A stretch of 63,327 nt of DNA, filler included, from Octopus bimaculoides (taxonomy: Eukaryota): NCBI RefSeq assembly GCF_001194135.2. It is 3 parts of 3 records of this genome, joined end to end, with 100 filler letters (N's around TTAATTAATTAA, not from the genome) between each part and the next. Parts side by side here need not be neighbours in the genome. Positions count along the whole stretch, not along the records: positions 22,185 to 52,579 come from NC_068982.1; positions 52,680 to 63,327 come from NC_068983.1; 1 more part is not named here. One strand, given 5' to 3'. Position numbers and translations under genes: made by a program. The notes beneath the pieces were generated by a model. It was not told the origin of the DNA. It did no database searches and worked only from the letters and a program-made list of their open reading frames with translations. Of this stretch, positions 49,832 through 61,579 are shown one piece after another (the first letter of the stretch is position 1; each line of letters opens with the position of its first letter).

Positions 49832-51718
49832 TTTATATCCACTTCAAACCCTTTCATTTCTGTTTGCCGCCCTGTCTCGCTTTCTTTCTTTCTTTCTTGT
49901 ATCTGGTTTCATATCCCATTGGGAATGATAAAATAAATAGCCATTGAGCACTCGGGTTCATGAAACTGACTTACCTCTCCTCTTAAATCTTGCTGGCCTT
50001 GTGCCAAAATTAGAATTATTATTTTCAGTTGGTAGTAAAAAAAATCATGCACCCACTGGTATATGCGACGCTTAAGTATAGAATGCGTAACGTCTCATAT
50101 ACAAATAATCATAATTAAATATAAAGCAAATCAACCCTCACATGAACAAAGAAGTTAACTGACACTTTAAAAAATTTCACTTAATTTTAACTCATGAAAA
50201 TTATAACATTGGAATAGAACTTGAAGGTACGAATTAAGTTCTTTGCATGTTTGTGTGCTTCTATGTTTTCTAAGTAGTTAGACCAAGCGAGCAAGAGATG
50301 AAATTATTACCGCATGTTTAGTAATATTGCACGATAAAAGTGATTGGTCCTTTCACATGCTATCAAATCGGGCTTTTAAAATTGTTTACATATGGTTGGA
50401 GTTTGCGTGCTGTGATATTATCGTGTTATAAAATGTCGATCAGCTGAGATTATCTATGCAGTTAGTAGATAAAATTCCTTCTCTGGTATGTTTGATATCT
50501 TGAAAGAAAAGAAAAATAACAAGTGATTTTCAATAAGATCAGTTGATTGGAATTTCTGGACAATATACAGTAGACAATGCAGATTAAAGTGGATTCTTTC
50601 CCACTTTAATGCATATGTGAAACTACCGTACTTGTGTTGTTTCCCATCAGCCAAATTGTTAGGATTTTTCTAGTCTGCTTCAAGGAATTGATTGAATATA
50701 TAGAAATGGATTATAAACAGTCATCAATTTGGCTGATAAATGAAGTAAGTTGAACAATACACCTGATATGACTTATAATGTGCTAATAATTACCAAATAT
50801 GTTGAGAATATTATTTTCCAAAGTAGCTTGCCTTACTGAACTGAATTATGACCTCTCATGCATTTAAATTCAAGATATTAAATATTTGTTTTCCATGAGT
50901 AAACAGGATCTGTTGGATAAAAGTACACTGATCCAAACCAATGTTTTGTGTTATTTGAGTCTTATTTCTGAAATATATGTATGAGAAATAGTCTAATATA
51001 AAATAGTATTATTCGGAAGACGTTAGAGTGCATACTGGTAAATATTCCAGTATAAGGTATTTCGTACTATCATCTACAAGTACATTTGATATTGTGCTTT
51101 AAGAATCTGTAGAGTAATTTTAGATATCTTTTCGGCTTGACGGAAAATCTTATGCGTTTTCGAGTGAGTGAGATTAGGATTGTTTTTTGCCTTAACGAAT
51201 GCGATTACTGGAGTAAAAAAAAAAATCGCTTCAGATTAAGGATTAAAGGATCAAAGCAGCAACCTCATATAATCACAAGTTTTTACTTCTCAACACCATG
51301 ATATTTCGATATGTTTAATTTTGTCACCAGAAACACCTTTGCTATATGTTTTTACATTTAACATTCTATATTGCTCTATTTATAATCCAAATTCGTGTAT
51401 TTATCCGTCCTATTGTTTATTCACAATGTATTTAACGTTTAGTACTTGTCTACAAACAATCTATATTGGCCTACTTGATCTTCTACATTTGCCTATTTTA
51501 TAGTTCATAGTGTTCTATGTAATAGTCCAGGTTTGTATATTTAGCAATTCCTATAGATCTATCTGCTAGTTCCCGCTTCTCTACAAGCAATTCATACTGT
51601 CAATTTAATTTTCCGTACTGGTACATTTAAACATCCAGCCTGGTTTATATGGGGCACAGACTTGCCTATTTAACCACATAGAATATTCTCTTTAAGACTG
51701 GATTATCAAGAGCATGTT

Positions 51719-52100
51719 GTGGAGACGCAATAACCCGGTGGATAGGGCAGCGGACTCGCGATTGTAGGATCGCTGATTCGATTTAAGGACCGGGCGTTAG
51801 GAGTGTTTATTGAGCGAAAACAGCTAAAGCTCCACGAGGCTCCGGCAGAGGGTTGTGACGAACCCTGATGTACTCTTCCACCAAAACTTTCTCTCACTCT
51901 TTCTTTCTGTTTCTGTTGTACCTGTATTTCAAGGGGCCAGCCTTATCACACTATGTGTCACGCTGAATCTCCCCAAGGACTAAGTTAAGGGTACACGTGT
52001 CTGTGGAGTTCTCAGCCACTTGCACGTTAATTTTACGAGCAGGCTTTTCCGTTGATCGGATCAACTGGAACCCTCGTCGTCTTAACCGACGGAATGCCAT
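51719..52100 (+). mobile_element. SINE family C with TSD
   Basis: ATCAAGAGCAT at 51705-51715 and 52102-52112. Confidence 0.92.
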
Positions 52101-52579
52101 GATCAAGAGCATCCAGGTAACGTTGTTGGGCTCTTATCGAGATACGAACTTCGTAGCGAGTGTTCAGTTATATCAATCTATCAGCGCTCTTAAGTAAAAC
52201 TCTTAAATAAAGCGAACATATTCGGAATCTGTATTCGAAATAAAACGAAACTATAAAAGTCTTGTGCTGTTTTCTCTATTTTTCTTTTACTCTACTAATG
52301 CATCAACAATGAAAACAAAATATCTGTCATTTATAGAAGAATTATCAATCATTCTCGAAGATTTTTTTAATATTTTTTTTTTCTTTGGCGACCATAATTG
52401 TTTTCAATACAAGTGGGACTTGAAATCTAGTTAAAAAAGAAAAAAAAAATATTCCCTGGTGGAAAGCCGGCTAGGCTGTCAAAAAAGCCAAATATTGGTC
52501 TAATAGTTTTCAAGAACAACAACAACAACAACAACAACAGCAACACCCAACAACACTAAGAACAATAAAAATTTAATTT

Positions 52580-52679
52580 NNNNNNNNNNNNNNNNNNNNN
52601 NNNNNNNNNNNNNNNNNNNNNNNTTAATTAATTAANNNNNNNNNNNNNNNNNNNNNNNNNNNNNNNNNNNNNNNNNNNN
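52580..52679. other. Assembly gap linker N44-TTAATTAATTAA-N44
   Basis: Same as 22085-22184. Confidence 0.95.
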
Positions 52680-53783
52680 TGTTGTAGGATTTTCAAGCGA
52701 GATCATTGCCGGTGCCCCTGGATTGGCTCTTGTGCGGGTGACACATGAGGTTTCTCAAGCGAGATGAGCGTGGCCGTTGCCAGTACCGCCTGACTGGCCT
52801 TCGTGCGGGTGACACGTAAAAGCACCCACTACACTCTCTGAGTGGTTGGAAGGGCATCCAGGAAGGGCATCCAGCTGTAGAAACTCTGCCAAATCAGATT
52901 GGAGCCTGGTGTAGCCATCTGGTTTCACCAGTCCTCAGTCAAATCGTCCAACCCATGCTAGCATGGAAAGCGGACGTTAAACGACAACGACGATATTATA
53001 GGTACTAATTTCATCAACTTGCATATATTTGAATTCAGAATGAAATGGGATGGAGTTAAATGCTGCAAAGATTTTATTTCAATGTTCTATAAATGTGCTG
53101 TTCCATTGCTTCATATCACAACTCATATATATATATAATGGACTTTCGAGCGAGATCGTTGCCAGTGCCCCTAGACTAGCTCTTGTGCAGGTGTCACATA
53201 AAATACACCATTCTGAGCGTGGCCATTGCCAGTACCGCCTGACTGGCCTTCGTACCGGTGACACGTAAAAGCACCCACTACACTCTCTGAGTGGTTGGCA
53301 TTAGGAAGGGCATCCAGCTGTAGAAACTCTGCCAAATCAGATTGGAGCCTGGTGTAGCCATCTGGTTTCACCAATCCTCAGTCAAATCGTCCAACCCATG
53401 CTAGCATGGAAAGCGGACGTTAAACGACGACGATGATGATGATGATATATAGTNNNNNNNNNNATATATAATGGACTTTCGAGCGAGATCGTTGCCAGTG
53501 CCCCTGGACTGGCTCTTGTGCAGGTGGCACATAAAATACACCATTTTGAGCGTGGCCGTTGCCAGTACCGCCTGACTGGCCTTCGTGCCGGTGGCACGTA
53601 AAAAGCACCCACTACACTCTCTGAGTGGTTGGCATTAGGAAGGGCATCCAGCTGTAGAAACTCTGCCAAATCAGATTGGAGCCTGGTGTAGCCATCTGGT
53701 TTCACCAATCCTCAGTCAAATCGTCCAACCCATGCTAGCATGGAAAGCGGACGTTAAACGACGACGATGATGATGATGATATA
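52680..53783 (+). mobile_element. Three family D retroposon copies (52680-52994, 53138-53450, 53470-53783) with (GAC/GAT)n tails
   Basis: Shared GGAAGGGCATCCAGCTGTAGAAACTCTGCCAAATCAG core and CATGCTAGCATGGAAAGCGGACGTTAAACG-(GAT)n end; a reverse copy lies at 63095. Confidence 0.92.
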
Positions 53784-54518
53784 TAGTTGGTAACAAAACA
53801 ATAAAGAACTCAAGCATATCCACATTTTCATATCCTGAAAAATGAAGTGCCTGTCACTTACTGCTATTAGTAATATAAGTAGTTTATAAGTTATTGTAAC
53901 CACTTTAGAGGTTAATATAAATTAACAAAGATCATGACTTTCACGAGAGTTTGTATTTTTTCAAAGCAGTGTATTGTGTAGCTGTTGTAATAAGCAATAT
54001 TGGATATAGCTTGGAAGTGGGTGCTTTCAAAAATAAGTCATAAACATGACATGTAATTAGTCATAAACTTAAACGAAAAATAGATATCTGTTGAAAAGTG
54101 TGCCGGAGTTGTTGATTTCAAGGGCTTAAATACAACAACAAGAAAAAAAGCATTCACAAATATTTAATAACGCTAATGATGTCTCATACTGGCTTATGGC
54201 CACAAATTTATAGGAGGAGAGATATAATCAACTGAGTTAAATCCAGTGCATTTTTGGCACTTAAATTGTAGTAGGACAAAACAAAATTCAACAAAATGTT
54301 TCTGACTCTTATTTTCTACCACTGCAAATCAAAGCAATAACTATGGTCTTGTACTTTTAATCTGCACAAAATGTGAATTTATCAAAGTTAAAATTATTGG
54401 TGATGAGCCCCCTCCCCCGACCCATTAGCTTTAATAGAGCAAACTTATGACCAAAAACATCAGACATGCTCATTCCATATTTTCTCTTTTTTTCCCTTTT
54501 TCTTCTTTTCAAATATAG

Positions 54519-54659
54519 AGTGCTCTGGGTGACATTAGCCAAAGCAGCTTTTTGAAGATGTCAAGCATGATCTGAGGGAAATTTTGTTGCTATTTCTACC
54601 AGTCTGAATGATCGCATAAAGGTTCCTTTGTTGGTTTGTGATTTTTATTCATGCTGATG
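54519..54659 (+). other. Candidate spliced exon (141 bp, probably non-coding or 5' UTR)
   Basis: Long polypyrimidine tract plus AATATAG acceptor; ATG|GTGAGT donor; stops in all three frames. Confidence 0.35.
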
Positions 54660-55494
54660 GTGAGTGGTATATTGGTAAAATAGCAAAACACTGGACTAAA
54701 TATCTTATAGTATTTATTTGTCCTTCAACTTTGCCTTTCTTCCACACAAAATCAATAAAGTACTAGTAATATATTGGGAACACCTTAAAAGAACTACATT
54801 TTTCGTTTACAAATTGATGACCTGGTTCAAATTTTAGCTGTTACCATTATTGCTGGAGAATGTCAATCATCTCTGCTTGAGTAGAAATAAACAGTAATAT
54901 CATATTTAATGATCTCCTACTTAACAACACACTGCTTTAAAGATATTTTTAAAATAAATTAAAAATTAAAACTAAAATACTTAATTGCACAAAAATGCTA
55001 AACATTTATAAGGATTGCTTTTAAAGTTAAATTATCAAAATATATCTTGATAATGTGCTTGTGAATGTCTTGTTCATTCAATCATTCAGTTAACTTGTAT
55101 GTTGACATTTTGTGCGCATATTGTTTTTTCATTCTCGCTGCTACTCATTTGTCTTAAAACTTTTGAATTAATTCATTTTGAATTGATTCAACATAATGAA
55201 AAATCTGAAGATATAACAATGGAAACTCTTACATCTTTCACTGAGAGCAAATGAGATCTTTGAAGCTCAAAAATTCAAATTTCAAATGAAGTAGAAAAGT
55301 TATTGCAGATCTAAATATATTTCACATGAGCTATCATGAAATTTTTAAGGAAAAGGAAAAGACTGTAGTGGAAACAAGGAGCTCTTAGCACATTTATAAA
55401 GAAAAAGAAACTGCTACTTCAAGTAAATTAAATATGAGCAGCAAAGCAACATTGAGTGTTGAACTAAAAACAAGAGCATACAAACATGAAGAGA

Positions 55495-55703
55495 TACTCT
55501 TTACTCTTTTACTTGTTTCAGTCATTTGACTGCAGCCATGCTGGAGCACCACCTTTAGTCAAGCAAATCAACCCCAGGACTTATTCTTTGGAAGCCTAGT
55601 ACTTATTCTACTGGTCTCTTTTGCCGAACCACTAAGTTACAGGGACATAAACACACCAGCATCGGTTGTCAAGCAATGTTGGGGGACAAACACACACACA
55701 CAC

Positions 55704-55762
<59 letters not shown>

Positions 55763-55920
55763 TATATACGACGGGTTTCTTTCAGTTTCCATCTACCAAA
55801 TCCACTCACAAGGCTTTGGTTGGACCGAGGCTATAGTAGAAGACACTTGCCCAAGGTGCCACGCAGTGGGACTGAACCCAGAACCATGTGGTTGGTAAGC
55901 AAGCTACTTACCACACAGCC
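55495..55920 (-). mobile_element. SINE family A, CpG-decayed copy
   Basis: Complete tail and near-complete head; many CpG-to-TpG/CpA changes relative to the 46243 copy. Confidence 0.92.
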
Positions 55921-56999
55921 AAAAATTTTAAATATAATTGATTGTTTATTATTTGTAAATGAGCTATTCAATCAAATCATTAGTTAACATTAAATTGTTT
56001 TATTACTTTCTTATTTTACACTAAAAATTTCTCATGACCAATCTCAGCAAGATTAGTGAATTTGTCTCATTTATTTCTCATTTAACAACTAGACATTTGA
56101 AACTATCTGAATCATTAAGTAGAAATACTCCTATACACAATGGTAAATAACTGATCATCGAGTTTGATTAAATCAACAATTTTAGCAGTTGGCACCACCC
56201 CCCTTTTTTTTTTGAGAGGTCTGATATGCTACTTCAAAGGCACTTGGTAGATTGTGAAAGAATATTTTTGCCATTGAAAGAGAATTAACATTGAGCAGGT
56301 TGGCTGAATTTTGTTGAATGGTTCACTGTTATTAAAATAGTTGTGGTTGTGTATAGTCTCAGCCTGCTTCCTTGATGTGGGAATTGCAAATCAAATAGTT
56401 CTGAGCAAACAGTGTCTTGAATATGCAAATAGAGTGTCTAGAACATCACTTTGAAATTCAAGGATTTAAGACAAGTGGTTAAAGGCAATATAAATTTAAG
56501 ATTAATTTTTCTGATGCATTAGTCTGTTTCAAACAGATGGTTGCAAAAAATCTCTGAGCCTAAATGGTGTTTAAGGACCAGGGATTCTTAGTTCTGGCTT
56601 CATAGCATTAAGAGAATGAATCTTTCCATTGAACTAAGGTTCTGTTATCAGATATTTGGTGTATTTCCCAATCAACTGTAAATAGACTGATAGGTAAAGG
56701 TTAAGGTGTGCTATCCAAACACATAACAATGCACCAACAGTACTCAAGATCACTGATAGCATACCCACAGCACCATTTGAAAATTATAAGTTGAAGTGGG
56801 AGTGACAATACTTAGGACTACATAAGTTGTGCAAATACATAATCCACAAGTACTATTACATACATTGCAGCAATGAAGCATACACGTGTACACACTTGCA
56901 CACACACATTCCAACAAACGATAGTATCATATATGCTGCAATAAGTAATAGTGTCACATGTACACAGCTATCGGCTGTACAACCACATGATGACTGCGA

Positions 57000-58400
57000 C
57001 ACTGCTACAAACTGTAATTTATGACACACACACACAATACTGCAAGCAGAATTACCACAGACACTGCTTCAAGCATTATTATCACATGTACCACTGCTAA
57101 AAGTATTATGATAGTCACANNNNNNNNNNNNNNNNNNNNNNNNNNNNNNNNNNNNNNNNNNNNNNNNNNNNNNNNNNNNNNNNNNNNNNNNNNNNNNNNN
57201 NNNNNNNNNNNNNNNNNNNNNNNNNNNNNNNNNNNNNNNNNNNNNNNNNNNNNNNNNNNNNNNNNNNNNNNNNNNNNNNNNNNNNNNNNNNNNNNNNNNN
57301 NNNNNNNNNNNNNNNNNNNNNNNNNNNNNNNNNNNNNNNNNNNNNNNNNNNNNNNNNNNNNNNNNNNNNNNNNNNNNNNNNNNNNNNNNNNNNNNNNNNN
57401 NNNNNNNNNNNNNNNNNNNNNNNNNNNNNNNNNNNNNNNNNNNNNNNNNNNNNNNNNNNNNNNNNNNNNNNNNNNNNNNNNNNNNNNNNNNNNNNNNNNN
57501 NNNNNNNNNNNNNNNNNNNNNNATACAGTGCTACAAGCAATACTAACACACTTATTACCACAAGCAGTACTGCTACACACATATTACAGGCAACACACAC
57601 ACAAGTAGTACTACCACATATACTACCATAAGCAGTACTGCTACTACACACACTGCTACAATCAGTAATACCACACTTACTTCAACAACCTGTACAACTA
57701 TATACAAACACACAAACCTCTACAAGCAGTATGTCTACACACAGTATGTTAGTGTCACCATCACACACCTCATATAGTATGTACTACTACTAAACACATG
57801 AACAGTTATAATGTATATAACAATATTACCTCCACATACAGCATCAGAAAGTACTAACACAAACACACACAGCATTAAACAATTCAACTATGCAGCACAT
57901 CAACTAGTAATATGACACTAAAACATAAAAACAATGTTTTAAATAGCCACACACATACACACAGTATTTAGCAGTAGTACTATACTCATGTGTTGTTACA
58001 CACACACATATGCACACTATATTTAACAATACTACTATACTTGTATACACACACTGTATCAAGTAATACTACCACATGTGTACTACTTTGGCATCTGTAA
58101 TACTAACACACACACACACACACACTGCAGCAGTATTGCTACAAATAATCTGTATACTACTACCAAAACAAAAACCAGCTGCTTAAAACATTCTCTTTAC
58201 ATCATCATCATCACCACCAACAACAAAATCAACCCCACCACCAGATTCAGAAGTATACAAGAGAACACCTTGGTGCTGCTTTTATTGAAAAACCTAATCA
58301 ATACGAAAGACAAAACACAGTTTAATACATGCATACAAACATGTACATGCATACAAACATGTACATGCACACACACACACACATAGATATAACAGCATAA
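57000..58400. repeat. Cryptic CA/CTA-rich low-complexity array (includes a gap)
   Basis: Recurrent (A/G)CAGTA(C/T)T(A/G)CTAC-ACACAC-like motifs. Confidence 0.75.
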
Positions 58401-58822
58401 ACACACAATTGCACAAAATATAGGCAAAATGATGCAGTGATGCACTTTTAAAACTATATGCATTGCCCTATCACCCAACTCCCCAAATTTCACCTAAGCA
58501 TAATGAATGCATCTTTCTCCCTTCTTCCACTAGCTTCTGTCACTCCCAACTCTCTTGCATCCACCTTCCTCTAGACCCTTTCCCGCTAAACAACTCTGCA
58601 TCATCCCTTAAGAACACATCTTTTCTCATCCATGTTTTCCATCCCAACATCTCACCAGCAACTCTATAAATTGAAGCCATATCCTTACCAGTATAGGAGG
58701 GCCTAGGACGGCTTAAAGTACTGAATTTCCACAGCACACTGGCTAATAAAATAAGTACAGTTTGGTAACAACAGATTTAGCTCTATGTACAAAAAGTATA
58801 ATGCATGAAACATGCATGATAT

Positions 58823-59045
58823 GTAATGCTATATTGTAGTGAGTCATGGCTATTGATTAAGGGAGTATTACAGAGTTGAGTGTGATGTGCTGGATGTGTG
58901 AGGTTAACATTCAAAAGAAATGAAGGTGCAAGTAAGCTTAGAAATGGTTGGGTATTAAAGATGACATTTAATGTGTGTAGAAAATGTAGCATCAATAGTA
59001 TTGATATGTAATGTTGATGGAAAACAAAAGGTGTATTTGACATTA
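58823..59045 (+). mobile_element. Highly decayed RTE LINE ORF2 C-terminal remnant
   Basis: VMLYCSESW / MCWMCEV / KWLGIKDDI / YVMLMENKRC resembles the MLYGSETW...MLRWMC...LGI...RWYGHVMRM consensus. Confidence 0.5.
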
Positions 59046-59119
59046 GCCTGGGTAGTAAGTGATCTTGCATTTACATTTTAGATACACCCACCAAAAAACT
59101 CTCATTTATAGACTTCAAA

Positions 59120-59435
59120 TTATAAAGAGATGAAGACAGCTTAACTGTATCTAAGGACATGAATAGGAAACATCTAATACAGGCATTTTAGATCTTTGGA
59201 CTTAAAATAACTATCACAACCAACATCACTGGTGTAGATTTCTTCGATATTACACTAAATTTAGCCTCCAACCATCATAAACCTTTTTGAAAACTCAATG
59301 AGAAACTATCCTCCATAGACAACAGTTTTTACTACTTACCAAGAGTATTCAAAAATCTCAGTAAATAATGAGTGCGAGACTGTCCACTTCTTCATTTAGT
59401 AAGGAGGTGGTACCATACTACAACACAGCCCATGA
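59120..59435 (+). mobile_element. Penelope-like element reverse transcriptase remnant
   Basis: L*RDEDSL...FGLKITITTNITGVDFFDITLNLASNHHKPF matches the PLE YRDD...GLKITI...VNFLDVTLNL...YKPY region. Confidence 0.7.
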
Positions 59436-59559
59436 AGCAAGAAGAATCAAAGCATTAAATATGCATACAAAATGCCCTACCTAACTCTTACAGAACACTA
59501 CAAAATAGTGCTTGCATAAAAGGCAACATTGGGTGATGAGGTCAGTTTCCACAACAAAC

Positions 59560-59710
59560 CATCCTGGCACTTCATGCCTTTGAAGCTGTGTGGAATAAGT
59601 TATCTCCATCTGAAAAGGGTCAGCACTAGGGAGGGCATCTGGCTGTAAGATATTGCTCCAAATAACATTTGTCCAACCCAGCAAGCATAGAAAAACCAAT
59701 GTTAAATGAA
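59560..59710 (+). mobile_element. Old family D-related fragment
   Basis: GGAGGGCATCTGGCTGTAAGA...CCAACCCAGCAAGCATAGAAAA...GTTAAATGA. Confidence 0.6.
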
Positions 59711-60044
59711 CATATAGGTGTGTGTGTGTAAAATATTACATTAAGAAAGTTACGAAGCAGCTGTAATCATATGGAAGCCACCTCTCCTGCTCTTGACTTT
59801 ATGTTTTGTTTGACTGTATACATACATTTACTTATCTGTTCACTTCACTTCCTTCATTTATGTTACCATATTTTGATGACATTTAATTTGATTTTAAAGT
59901 TAGATGCTCTTCTTATTGCCACTTATCATCTTTGAAAACAAAGTAACTGGTCATAATACAAATAAAGAGAGTTAACATCCCTCACCTGTTTTCAAGCAAG
60001 GTGTTATTTCTTCCCTGGCCAGGTGTATTAAATTACATTATATA

Positions 60045-60519
60045 CAGGGTGTTCAGGCTATTTGACAACTGAAGGTTGCTACAGGAAGGCTATATGCAAG
60101 GCAGCAGGATCCATACTTCTTGCTAGTCAGAAATAGTTGACAGAGAATTTTGACAACTTCACCAGCTCCAGTTTCTGGCCTCCTAATCCCCTCATTTGAA
60201 ATCCCATTGATTACTAATGTGTGATGCCTAGTTGAGAAAGACAATAACCACTCTGCCTGGAACATCAAGGCTGAGCTGGTGACCAAGATCAAGGAGGTGT
60301 TGAAGATTTTCTCAGGGACACAGTGAGGAAGGCATGTGCAGATTCCACATGTCTTGAGGCCATGGTGGATGCTGAGGGTAGCTGCTTTTAGTAGATTGTT
60401 ATCTCCCAGCCATAATTTACTTGATATTTTTTATATTTTAAGAAATACTTTTGTTTTTGGATGGGATATTGTTTTCTTTCCCTTTTAAGCAAACTGTCAA
60501 ATTTAGCCTGAACACTATG
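60045..60519 (+). mobile_element. Internally deleted maT(DD37D)-like Tc1/mariner element
   Basis: TA-flanked TIRs CAGGGTGTTCAGGCTATTTGACA / reverse CATAGTGTTCAGGCTAAATTTGACA; interior with frameshifts reads QQD...SQK*LTENFDNFTSSSFWPPN...NPIDY...RDTVRKACA...LEAMVDAEG. Confidence 0.82.
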
Positions 60520-61113
60520 TATATAAACCTGATTGTACAACCCACAATTAAAAATAGAACTCAATATTAGTAACAGAATCTGTTAAATTTATTCAAACTT
60601 TCATTAAAAACTTCGTGTTTCAGTTATTTTACCCCTTCAGAAGAAACTACAGTTGCTAAATTTATAAACCTCCTGTATATCATTTATTAGAATCAAAATT
60701 TGTGAGAAGCAAAGAAAAATGAAAAATAAAAGAAATGGGGAAAGGAAGAGTAAAGGACAATTAGCAAAAAAAAAGGCTATGTTGACTTATGAAATCAAGA
60801 GATGGAAGAGACTTATATAAAGCAATATGTGGTTTTGGATCAAATGTAAAATTTCGTTTTATAATCAGGTGATTCATTGTTAAATTTTAATCTCAGGTAG
60901 GAAGAAATGGAGGAAGGGAGATAATAGAGATAACATGACATCCAAAATCATTTTGAAAGTAAACCAGTGTCTACTTTATTGACTAAAGAGAAAGTTAGAA
61001 AGATGTGAAGTTTTTATTAATAAAATCAATTAATTATATCAGATAGTCTAAAGGAAACTGCAGAGTAGCTAAAATAAAGGAAATCAAATAATTACACAAG
61101 TATATATGTATAT

Positions 61114-61504
61114 ATGGCAGTGTGATTAAGATGTTTGCTTTTCAACCACTTGGTTTGAGTTCAGTCCCACTGCACAGCGCCTTGGGCAACAGTCTTCTAC
61201 TATAGCACTGAGCCAACCAAAACCTTATTAGTGGATCCAATAGATAGAAACTGAAAAGATTGATGTTTGTTTGTGTGTGTGTATTTACATCTGTGATCGA
61301 TTGCATGAAAATTGCAGCAGATGATATTGTCAGTGTGCCTGTCAACAAATCAGTCATTTCATGCCTCAAAGACATGTGAAGTAAGAGATCCCTTACTTGA
61401 AAAAATAAGCAAAGGTTAGCATCAGGAAGGGATTTGGCTGTAAAACAATGTCTCAAATAACATTCTGCATATAACAATGCAAGATGGGGAAAATGGACAT
61501 AAAA
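61114..61504 (+). mobile_element. Old composite SINE: family A head plus family D-like tail
   Basis: Head GAGTTCAGTCCCACTGC...CCTTGGGCAA..GTCTTCTACTATAGC, then CATCAGGAAGGGATTTGGCTGTAAAAC...GCAAGATGGGGAAAATGGACATAAAA. Confidence 0.7.
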
Positions 61505-61508
61505 TATA

Positions 61509-61553
<45 letters not shown>

Positions 61554-61579
61554 TTGTTATAAATAATCCTTTAATGTAT

